The notes under the pieces were generated by a model. That model saw nothing but the letters and a program-made list of their open reading frames with translations. It ran no database searches and was not told where the DNA came from. A DNA stretch of 62,476 nt, the filler included. It is 21 parts of 21 records of this genome, joined end to end, with 100 filler letters (N's around TTAATTAATTAA, not from the genome) between each part and the next. Parts side by side here need not be neighbours in the genome. Positions count along the whole stretch, not along the records: positions 21,833 to 24,844 come from SRR36015645_158368; positions 24,945 to 27,129 come from SRR36015645_159037; positions 27,230 to 29,286 come from SRR36015645_159741; positions 29,387 to 31,458 come from SRR36015645_161042; 17 more parts are not named here. One strand, written 5' to 3'. The translations under genes and the position numbers were made by a program. Below are positions 21,887 to 31,558 of the stretch, in pieces. How positions within the stretch are numbered: the stretch's first letter is position 1; each line of letters begins with the position of its first letter.

Positions 21887-24783
21887 CTAATTGTCCTCTT
21901 CCATGTCTTCACTCAGTTCACTGTCAGAGTCGACTGATTCGGTTAATTTATCTACAAGTTCAATCAGCTTGGTTTTGGTTGTTGCTTTTTTTAATAACAA
22001 TTTACATGCAGGTTGTTTAGTACAAGGCAGTTTGTCAATGAGTTTTTCAGCATAGGATTTAATGTCTGCCTTTACCCACGTTTCAAGATTGGCATACTTT
22101 TCATGATCTGCCTCAGTCAAGGAAATTGGCTTACATGTTGTCACTTCGTGATCTCTTAACATGTTTGTAAGAGTGTTTATGTAGCGGTCATGCCCAATTG
22201 CTATGGCCGACTTATACTGATCGGTCATAATCTGGCCACTGAGACCGAAAACAACATCGTCGTCACTACTTAGAGAATGTGACTCGCGCAAAGTGGTTCT
22301 CCAGATTGCAATTTCATCCTCTAGACTCACATGTGTGATATTTGTGTCCATTTGCTTGATGATAATGGGTAAATCATTGAAAAGACTGGACTTGACCTCG
22401 TGTAATATCGGAAGTGCACGGTACAGCTTAACCCATTTCTGGAACACTGGGACACCACCAGTTATCATGCCCTTAAGTACCGTAGCTTATGTACATTTTC
22501 TAACTGGTAATCCGCACCTTCACCTCTGTGTGGTAAGTTGGTGGTGAATGATTCATAATCATCCAAAAAGCATTTGATATCTGGGGAACTTCTCATATAC
22601 TGTGATGTATAATGGCACTCAATCCGCTGATAGTGTATGTTATTCATGGTAAAAAACAATGGTGCAAATTTTGCTCGGGCTGCCGCTATTGCAACTGCGT
22701 CATTATGTCTCACAGCATGCTTGAATAGTCGGATTGCTAACAATGCCGTGAAGGTGATGTCAATGTACAGAGATAACGTGTCATTCTCGTTCTGCTTTGT
22801 CCACGAAGAAAACGTGTTCGCATTAGGGACCACTTTTTGCGACCGACAGTCCAGTACAAACATGCGAATTATTTCGCGTGCATTTCCTTCGAGGAGCACT
22901 TCAGCACATTCGTCCGCTTTGTGGTGGTCACTCGCTTTTAGGAAGTATGACATTGCCTTCTCTGAACAAAAGTTCATATCATTAGCAAATTTCTTGGAAA
23001 ACAAAGGCCAAGTGTACTTGAACACAGATCTGATCATGGTATGGTGATAGTGTCCCCACCCAGGTTTTAACAATAACCAGTCTTTCCATTCAGGGTGTGC
23101 CTTCAAGAGATCCATAATCAACACATAGGGTCTTCCATCCATGACCAGTTCAAACCACTGTCTTTCATTAGAAATCAATTTGCTATGCAAATCGGTCAGA
23201 ACTTGCTCACATGCAGCTGTTGAGGAAGGGTTTAGCTGGTAAGGATCGTGTATATCTGGAGTGATCTTTTTTGAATCTCCTTTTCCTAGCGTATACTGTT
23301 CCTCCACCTTTTCTATTTTATCGTGCCGAGATGCAGGTACATCACTCTCGATGATTTTATCAAGGAAGTCGGTGCCATCAGCACTTAACTCATTTTCAAT
23401 GCATCGAATTGTAGCTTCAACAAAATATTCTCGAGTTTTACGGAATACATCAGAACACTTACTAAAGTACGCTTCTACAATTTGTGTAGACTCATCTGAT
23501 GTAAGTGTAAGTTCAACCAAGTTTGTCGATTGCAGTTTAAGGTCCACAGAAACAGGAAATGAGATTACAGAGCAGACGACAGAGACAGGTAGGCCGCTGC
23601 GCATACTGTGTAAATGGTAGGTTTTACCCACTACCTGATTGTTATCTATGACAACAATGAGATCCTGATTTCTGAATGGATGTTGTGTTGCATTGTTATC
23701 TATCCACTTCTGGACACTCCACCAGCTACCACTTGATGAGCCTGCAGAAAATATTGAGATTGCACTTTTGCTCCCACTAATGAGATAGGCAACTAAGGAC
23801 TCGCGAAAATTTACTGGGCCTACAAACTTGGAATTAAATAAGTACAGAATGTTTTCTACGACCTTAGCAAGGCAGTATGTCTTAGCTGGTTGCTTTTCTA
23901 GATTTGGCAGGAGAGTCTTAAAAAAGTGCAGTAGTGTAGCATCCATACTCTGCACATAATCTTCTGCAGTCAAACTATTTATGAATGATGGCACTCTATA
24001 TTGCCCATCCACTTTGTCCATAAATTGCATCAAGGACTTTTTTAGTAGTACAGCACAACACTCTATAATCTTTTTCTTAACTGTATCAGAGCATGTGTCA
24101 GCTTTCACTTGTTCAAGTAGCTCATCAAGTGAACTAGCAAAATTAGCTGTAAAAAATGAGTCGCTAGCTTGGTTTGTCTCAGGTTCATCAGGGGAAGAGC
24201 ATGTGTCAGCGTTCACTTGTTCAAGTAGCTCATCAGCAGGGGAAGCGGAAACAGATACATCGACTGGTTCGGTTGATCCCACTGGTATTTCTTCTATTCT
24301 ACCATGTGGAGCATTGTACTTAGCTTTCAGATGCTGATAACACCTGTTGCACAAGTAAGTGGCATCAGAAGGTAATACAGCATCGTTAATGGCATGCTGT
24401 ACTACAAGCTGGCTCACATCGCGACTACCTTGAAATATTTTACGTAAGTACGAATGCGTTTCAGTACTGGTACATTGCTGAGTCAGAATCTGTTCGTGTA
24501 AAACACATCCACAAATATCTGTTTCCTGCAGGTCATTGCGTCTAGATGCACCATATTTTGCCTTCAGATACTGATAGCATCGGTCACACACACGAGTTGA
24601 CTCTGAAGGCAAGATGTTACGTGCAATGGCATTCTCAATTACAAATGAACTTACATCCTTACTCCCTTTAAATATTTTTCGTGAGTATGTCGATCCACTA
24701 ACAGCAGAGTCTGTAAGGATGTCATCATGCAGAACACACTGACAACTAGCGAGAAAGTGTTGTGATGAACGCGTCGTACTCAT
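21887..24783 (-). pseudogene. Academ-like (DUF6589-type) DDE transposase with duplicated N-terminal Cys/His module; one frameshift near 22465-22490
   Basis: VVIDNNQ (D1), VMDGRPY (D2), PGWGHYH, NIHYQ, ADYQLENVHK (E). Continues in another frame as ITGGVPVFQKW to the stop at 21887. The frameshift may be an assembly error. Confidence 0.55.
24088..24235. repeat. 40-bp direct repeat pair (24088-24127, 24196-24235)
   Basis: One mismatch; encodes DELLEQV(N/K)ADTCS twice, 108 bp apart. Confidence 0.9.
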
Positions 24784-24944
24784 GATGATTTGTGACTTCA
24801 ATTCCCTAACTCAGTGGATTTACTACAACACAAGGACAAAAACTNNNNNNNNNNNNNNNNNNNNNNNNNNNNNNNNNNNNNNNNNNNNTTAATTAATTAA
24901 NNNNNNNNNNNNNNNNNNNNNNNNNNNNNNNNNNNNNNNNNNNN

Positions 24945-25430
24945 CACATTGTAGACAGCCAACAAAGATACTTGGAACAGGTCGACGCACGGCAACGTGA
25001 AAGGAACCTGTTGATACGTGGAATGCCAACAGAAACGTGGCTACAATGTGACACTGACAACGAGAAAATCCGTAAAGTGTTTGATACTATCGGCAGTGGC
25101 GACGTAACTGACTTCACGCATCATAGAATCGGCAAACCTGAGAATGGCAAAGCACCAGCAATCTTCGTTAGAGTCAGCTCGAACCAAGTTCGCAACCAAT
25201 TGATAAACAATGCTAAAAAGTTGAAGGATGCAGGCGACGCATTCAAGTCAGTGCGCATGAAAAAAGATCAGCATCCTGCTTTGGCCAAAGAATGGTGGCG
25301 TTTGTTCCGTGCCGAGGAGCAGGCTAAACATGACCCAGCAAACCGGGGACATACAATACTGTTTGACCGTAAAAAACGCCAGCTGCTACGTGACGACGTT
25401 GTCATTGACACTTTCAAACCGGATTTTTAA
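24945..25430 (+). CDS. LINE ORF1p C-terminal part (RRM-like); 5' partial
   Basis: RERNLLIRGMP, HRIGK..APAIFV, AKKLK..VRMKKD. Confidence 0.85.
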   Translation, partial: HIVDSQQRYLEQVDARQRERNLLIRGMPTETWLQCDTDNEKIRKVFDTIGSGDVTDFTHHRIGKPENGKAPAIFVRVSSNQVRNQLINNAKKLKDAGDAFKSVRMKKDQHPALAKEWWRLFRAEEQAKHDPANRGHTILFDRKKRQLLRDDVVIDTFKPDF

Positions 25431-27129
25431 TAAGGCAGAACAAGGTTGATCAATTGACTATTGTGTCGTGGAATATAAACTCTGTAAATAATAAGCTTGA
25501 TGACTCACTAACTGTGAATTATTTGTCGCACTTTGACATTGTTTGTCTCAATGAAATAAAAACCGATCTACCGTTCTCTCTTCCAGGATACAAGTGTGTT
25601 TCGAGTCAGGGCAACAATAGACACAGGGGTGGTTGTGCGGTGCTGTTTCGTAACAATATTGCTGACATCGTATCCAATGTTTCAAATGCATGTGCCGATA
25701 GAGTGTCATTCCAACTGAAGCCATGGCCTGGTATAACATTTATTAGTTGCTATATTCCTCCAAGTAGCTCGCCATACTTTTCGTTAGAGAACATTGCATG
25801 GATCAGTGGAGAAATTATGTCACATCCTGAACAATCATATGTAGTTATTGGTGATTTAAATGCCCACTTCGGCCGATCTCGCACGTGTTTTCTGGCTGAC
25901 AATCTGGTTGACAATACACTCGAATTGTCCTACAACGCGGCAGATTTAAATTCTGCAGCTAACGGTAATGGAAAAGTGGTTGTGGAAGCTTTGTCTTCGC
26001 TTGTATTGCTAAATGGTTTAAAACTTGGAAACCGCTCGTTTGATAGCCACCCAACGTTCTTCCGGCAACCAACAGGCACCCCCAGGACTTGGATATCGGA
26101 GCTCGACTACTGTCTCGTTTCATCAAATTTATTGGAAAATGTGTTGAGTTTTAGTGTGGAATATCAGCTACCATCACCGCTGCCTCCCCGGATTTCTAAC
26201 CACGTGCCAATTTCTTTGCACCTTGGCAATATTTCAGCTGGCCAAGGGCAGGTTAATCTGGATGTTCTCCGTGCACGTTCTAGTAACCTCGGCCTCCTCA
26301 ATATTGCAGCACCCTGTACTAAACGTTCTGAACATTCAAATCTAAAATTTGCAAGTGTGTCCACAGAGAAATTCTGCGATCGTCTTAAAGATCACCAAGC
26401 ACCAGAACTGACAAATATGCCATGTGATCCTGATGCTATTGTTGACCAATTTGACTGTGTAATGAGAGATTGTGCCAAGTTTGCTCGTAAGCCTAATGTG
26501 CAGCAGGTCAATCAGGCTGGTAATAAATGGACTAAACTTGCAGAAACGAATGATCAAAAGGAGATATGGAATTCTATAAACTGGTCAGGTGCAGTGAGTG
26601 AATTGACTCAAAACGAGGCTCCGTCCGACGAAGAGTTCAAGTTGCACTTTGAAAAACTACTTAACCCACCCGACACGGCTCCTATAGATAGCTGCTTGTA
26701 TATGGAATGTCCGTACATTCCTGTCACTGATGATGCGCTCACACCAAATGAAACCGAGTCTGCTATAAACCGTCTGAAAAGCGATAGAAGTGGTGGTCCA
26801 TCCGGTATACCACCAGGTTTCCTAAAGCTGCTACCCGCTAATTGGATAATGTTTATTACTATGCTGTTTAATGTGATCTTAACTTCGGGTTCGATACCTG
26901 CTCAATGGGCCTCATCACGCCTAATCGTTATTTTCAAGAAAGGTGTTCGGTTGTGTTGCGATAACTACAGAGGTATCGCTATTATGGATACCTTAGCAAA
27001 GCTATTCGATATGATTCTCTGTAACCGTCTAGAACTTTGGTTCAAACCCGACAGAGAGCAAGCCGGTGCACAAAAAGGCCGTGGTTGTGCTGAGCACATA
27101 CTAACTTTACGACTGCTCATTGACTATGC
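25409..27129 (+). CDS. LINE ORF2p (APE + start of RT), RTE-X-like; -1 frame overlap with ORF1; 3' partial
   Basis: SWNINS, LNEIK, GGCAV, YIPP, GDLNA, LDY, SNH; NYRGIAI, EQAGAQKGR. Frame is open from 25409; first in-frame ATG is only at 25817. Confidence 0.88.
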
Positions 27130-27856
27130 NNNNNNNNNNNNNNNNNNNNNNNNNNNNNNNNNNNNNNNNNNNNTTAATTAATTAANNNNNNNNNNNNNNN
27201 NNNNNNNNNNNNNNNNNNNNNNNNNNNNNAAAAAATATGTCATAATAAACTATATAAAAAAGTCAGGGAAGAGTGCGATGGTTGTGTGTTGTGGAAACAA
27301 CCACATCATCCCATGACAACTCTATGATTCTGCTGTTATGGAGGATGCCGCGCATCTCATGGATTTACCATCATTGTGTTTGTGACAAATGAACACGTCT
27401 TACGCTGAGCGGATACGTATCTTAGGCTACTCGCAAGAATTAAACAAAGGCAATGTGGGTTCTTTGGTCAAGAAGGCAACGGAACTCATACACAGGAAAC
27501 CTGACCAGATTGTTGAACATCAGAAAAGTGGTGATGCCTCAGAGCAGCATGTGATTGAAATGTGTGGAGACTCTTGACCATACAAGTCCATTCGGGACAA
27601 GGCACCCACAGTAGGCCACACAAATGCCTGGCTGTGCGCCCGAAGGTGACACGACCTTTATGCATTATGCATGTTGGGTGTGCCTGATTGCCTTACAACG
27701 AGGAATTACTTTAGACTAGATACAATGCTTAGAGAGTCCGACCGGCCGGTCTGTGTACTGTGACCGGCGGATAAGATTATTCGATTAAAGCCTATGTCTG
27801 GTCGTCCACCATTATTGATCATGTGGGACCAGTTGCCATAAATATGGCCTTTGGAC

Positions 27857-28162
27857 TGTGTGTGTGCGTGCGTGTGTGAATGTATGCGTGTGTGCATGCC
27901 TATGTAAAGTGTGTATGTGGGCATGTGTTTGTGTGTGCGTGCATGCGCCTGTTCGTGTGCATATACCTGCATGTGTGTGCCTGTGTATGTGTGCATGCAT
28001 ATCCTTGTGGGATTTGTATGCATGTGTGTGCGTGCGTGCATGCATGTGTGCATGTGTGTGCGTGTGTATGTGTGCAATGCGCTTGTGCATTCGTGCCCTT
28101 ATGGGTTTTTTATGTGTGTGTGTGGGTGCATGGGTGTTTACGTGCGCATGCTTCTTGTGTGT
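27857..28162. repeat. Degenerate (TG)n/(TGCA)n microsatellite
   Basis: About 300 bp of TG/TGCA/TGTA repeats, which generate spurious C/V- and H/T-rich ORFs. Confidence 0.95.
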
Positions 28163-28256
28163 GACCCCCCAAGCGTTTGCATCTTGGTTCTATGTGGCAC
28201 AGATACATAAACATGTTCGGGAAGAACACATGTCACAAGTGATAGTCAGGAATATT

Positions 28257-28494
28257 GCAACTTAGCCAAACAGCATGCAAATGAATCCATTTACATGTGA
28301 CGTCAGGACTTACTGATAATTGATTGGTTCAGCCAACCTCTTTATGTGTGACGTCATGGCAACTTAGACAAACAGCATGTAAATTTATCCATTTACCTGT
28401 GACGTCAGGATTTAGTAATAATTGATTGGTTCATCCATCCTCATTATGTGTGACGTCACGGCAACTTAGCCAAACAGCATGGAAATTAATCCAT
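28257..28494. repeat. 102-bp tandem repeat, about 2.3 copies, containing four TGACGTCA palindromes
   Basis: Units start GCAACTTAG at 28257, 28359 and 28461. TGACGTCA occurs at 28298, 28349, 28400 and 28451. Confidence 0.92.
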
Positions 28495-29474
28495 GAATAA
28501 TAATACAGCTTGCCTACTAAGTCGGTACATGTATGTAAGTAGTCATGCACTCAATATTTGCAATTCCATCGTTAGTACCTCATCTGATTGATTATGCATT
28601 CAATATCAGGCCAAACCGCAGACTATACACGGGCACACACCCAAACACTCCAAAAATGAAAAGAACGCGTAATTATTGCCAAAAAGATCAATAATTTCCT
28701 TGACATGGGCAATCAGATAGCCTTGTCGGCGATTTGCTGTACTGGTCGGTGCTTGCGGCTAAGCTCTCTGAACACTGTATCTTCTGGAAAAAGGAATCTA
28801 CTATCCGTATCAAATTTTAAGCCGATGATACACATGCGGATTGCGGAGTGCAGTCGCTGCCCGCGGTGACCGCGCACGGCGCCCGCATGTAAATAGAAAA
28901 CATCCAGTATAATGCTGTATGATACACGAGAACAGCGGAGAGCGGCGACTGCACACTGCGATCGCATTGAACTAGAAAAACGTTAAGTTTAATGCTGTAT
29001 GATACAAAGGAAATGAGAGACGGGCACCGCACTAATAGACACCGTTTCTATTTTTCGTGCGGAGTGCAGTCACCGCACAAATCATTCTCCAATCAGAACC
29101 GAGTCCGTGTTCACGTGACGTCAAGATGCCAATTAGCACTGTCACAGTTTGGTGGCCACTGCTTGCCGCTTTGCATGTGTATCATGCAGTATCGACGGTG
29201 ACCGTCTCCGCACTACGCATATGTACACTTTGTAACGTTTTCAGGATGGCCAGGACATGTTTGAAGCTAACTTTATAATAGACAAGNNNNNNNNNNNNNN
29301 NNNNNNNNNNNNNNNNNNNNNNNNNNNNNNTTAATTAATTAANNNNNNNNNNNNNNNNNNNNNNNNNNNNNNNNNNNNNNNNNNNNTAGCCCAAGTTTGA
29401 CACTTTGATGTGATTTAAAATAATATCTATTTTAAATACAATTAGTTATAGATCAGACGTTAACGTCCATGGCA

Positions 29475-31283
29475 CTACGCTTTGTGATTCCTGATTCTGC
29501 TCCGATGCAACACCACCGGGATGTTCAGTTGGCCTAATAGCATCCGTTCATTGGCGTTAGGCGGGGTATCCCGGCGATACCCAACCCACTCGCCCTTGTC
29601 ATTCGGATATTGTGTACTCAGACGTACCCGATGCCCGATCTGGTTTCTGATCGTCGACCAGCTATCCGTATTGCCCCTGGACTTCAATTGGCAGCGTAGG
29701 CTATGCACCGCATAGAACGCCAGCACACTCTGCCAGATATGTGCCCCAATCCGCTCATCCTTCTGATGGTAGATCGGACGCATGCCCAATTCACTCTTTA
29801 GACTGCGAAAGGTAGCTTCAATCTCGTTGAGCTGCCAATACAATCGGATCAGACTTGTTTCATCCAAATCGGTGCGAGAACTGCGTAGCACATAACTGCC
29901 GACTCTCTGGTCGGCTTTGGCTTTTTTATGATTGAATGACCAGTCTATCCGAGTCACGTTCTCGCCATCACTGGTCAGGTTGATATCGTAATGGGCCTGA
30001 ACTGAGGCGTATTTTTGCTTTAATCGCCCGAGTTTTTCATGTACCGCACTGGTTTTCTTGATCCGCCTGGGCAGTAATAACCCCGATTGCAGATGGCTTA
30101 ATTCCAGTTCCCACGCTGATCTTTTTTTGCCCAGCATGGCCTTTTCCTTAGCTTCTCTAGTGGGGCTATGCACCACCAGGTAAACAGTCTCTGAAGCCTC
30201 CTCTTCGCGCCAGAGTCGTACGGTGTCTTGCGCCACGGTAACCACCTGCGCGTCACTTTCACGTTCTGGTATGGGTCGTTTAGTACGACTGATCGTGACG
30301 TAGTCATAGCCCTGTGCCACTAACCACTCACAATTTGCCTCGGTGCAGATACCCGCATCCATCACCACCAGTGGACGGGACGCATTGTCATCCGTGTGTC
30401 CCTGCAATTGCGATAAGGCCTGCTCAAGGGTGCCCGGCTCGCTGATATTGCCGGGCAGTATCTCGCTGTGCAGGGGGAAGCCCGCACTATTCAAAGACAA
30501 GCCCAGAGTCACTACCGGTGCCTTCGTGCCACGTTGCTTGCCTCGCCCATACTGGCACAGCTCGCTACCAGGCTTAGTCGTGGTAAACCAGGTATTGGTC
30601 AGGTCATACAGAACCACCGTTGATTCTGTGCCAAATAACTGCCCGCAACATTCGGCTAAATGCTGTTCCAGTGCCGACTGGCGCGCATACAGGGCATCGC
30701 CAACCCGATAGAGGCGTTCAAGTTTTAACTGTGCGGCACGAATGCCCAGCAATTCCGGCAGCGCACTCACCTCAGATAACCAATGGAACGTGGCCAGTTC
30801 ACTCCGGGGGCGGATCATGCGGGCAATGATCAGTGCCTGAGCCAACTTCTGATAGGATTCGTTCAATCCCAGACGCGCTAAAAGCCCGGGAATACCAAGC
30901 TGCTCAAGGCTATGCAGCCCAAGACGTTCAAGACCGACCGTTCGGACATCCTCATCTTGGCCACGTCGTAGATCGACACGCTCTATCCATTGCGGTTCGC
31001 TCTCATCAGCACACTGCTGCCTCAGTCGAGTGACCAGCCGCTCCGCCCACGCAAGGACCGACGGGGAATAGATGGGCGATAATAAAGAATCCTGTGGCGA
31101 AAGCCGTTGTTCCACACACAGACACAGCTCAGGCCATTGTTCAGGGGGCAGATCAAAGTGTGCCCCCAGATTAAGCAGGGTGGTTTGTTTTACCTTACCC
31201 GCGACCCGGTGAGATTGAACGAGACGATAGGAGAAGTGAGAACCCTTGGCGCTGGAGGAAGTTTTTGTTTTGCGAATGTACAT
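29475..31283 (-). CDS. IS1634-family DDE transposase
   Basis: MYIRK..YRLVQSHR..GKVKQ..LLNLG, P.SELAT, LYRVGD, LYDLTNTWF (D1), PGNISE, VVMDAG (D2), IEATFRSLKSELGMRPIYHQ (E). Start placed at ATG 31283. Confidence 0.9.
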   Translation of the reverse strand: MYIRKTKTSSSAKGSHFSYRLVQSHRVAGKVKQTTLLNLGAHFDLPPEQWPELCLCVEQRLSPQDSLLSPIYSPSVLAWAERLVTRLRQQCADESEPQWIERVDLRRGQDEDVRTVGLERLGLHSLEQLGIPGLLARLGLNESYQKLAQALIIARMIRPRSELATFHWLSEVSALPELLGIRAAQLKLERLYRVGDALYARQSALEQHLAECCGQLFGTESTVVLYDLTNTWFTTTKPGSELCQYGRGKQRGTKAPVVTLGLSLNSAGFPLHSEILPGNISEPGTLEQALSQLQGHTDDNASRPLVVMDAGICTEANCEWLVAQGYDYVTISRTKRPIPERESDAQVVTVAQDTVRLWREEEASETVYLVVHSPTREAKEKAMLGKKRSAWELELSHLQSGLLLPRRIKKTSAVHEKLGRLKQKYASVQAHYDINLTSDGENVTRIDWSFNHKKAKADQRVGSYVLRSSRTDLDETSLIRLYWQLNEIEATFRSLKSELGMRPIYHQKDERIGAHIWQSVLAFYAVHSLRCQLKSRGNTDSWSTIRNQIGHRVRLSTQYPNDKGEWVGYRRDTPPNANERMLLGQLNIPVVLHRSRIRNHKA

Positions 31284-31291
31284 GGAAGGTG

Positions 31292-31320
31292 AGTATCGCA
31301 AACGGGAGATAGCGTGTCAA
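31292..31320 (-). promoter_or_regulatory. Putative sigma70 promoter of the IS1634 transposase
   Basis: TTGACA (31320-31315), 17-nt spacer ending TGC (extended -10 TG), GATACT (31297-31292), then 8 nt to the ATG. No Shine-Dalgarno sequence. Confidence 0.6.
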
Positions 31321-31558
31321 TACATGGCACATAGAACATGGCACTACAAAACGATCTCAAATATAATTGACAATAATATCTATGAGATAGAAAATATAAA
31401 CGGTGAAAATAGGCAAAAATTAACCGTTTTCAGCGCCAAAGTGTCAAACTTGGGTTAANNNNNNNNNNNNNNNNNNNNNNNNNNNNNNNNNNNNNNNNNN
31501 NNTTAATTAATTAANNNNNNNNNNNNNNNNNNNNNNNNNNNNNNNNNNNNNNNNNNNN

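Larger units (their letters stand above)
29390..31454 (-). mobile_element. Complete bacterial IS1634-family insertion sequence
   Basis: Perfect 18-bp terminal inverted repeats CCCAAGTTTGACACTTTG (29390-29407) and CAAAGTGTCAAACTTGGG (31437-31454) enclose one transposase gene. Visibly more GC-rich than the animal contigs. Confidence 0.9.

Noticed and set aside
21833-24844. Terminal inverted repeats at the ends of the Academ-like contig
   Set aside because: The ends (AGTGGCAAG / reverse complement AGTTTTTGTCC) match over only 3 nt.
27230-27810. Decayed coding remnant (VVCCGNN resembling SGNH block III; 62-aa ORF at 27389)
   Set aside because: Too short and interrupted to support any family call.
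27706-28265. Cys/Val- and His/Thr-rich ORFs as metallothionein-like proteins
   Set aside because: They are translations of a TG microsatellite in several frames.
28257-28494. CRISPR array
   Set aside because: The units are similar along their whole length with no unique spacers, no cas genes, and a eukaryotic context.
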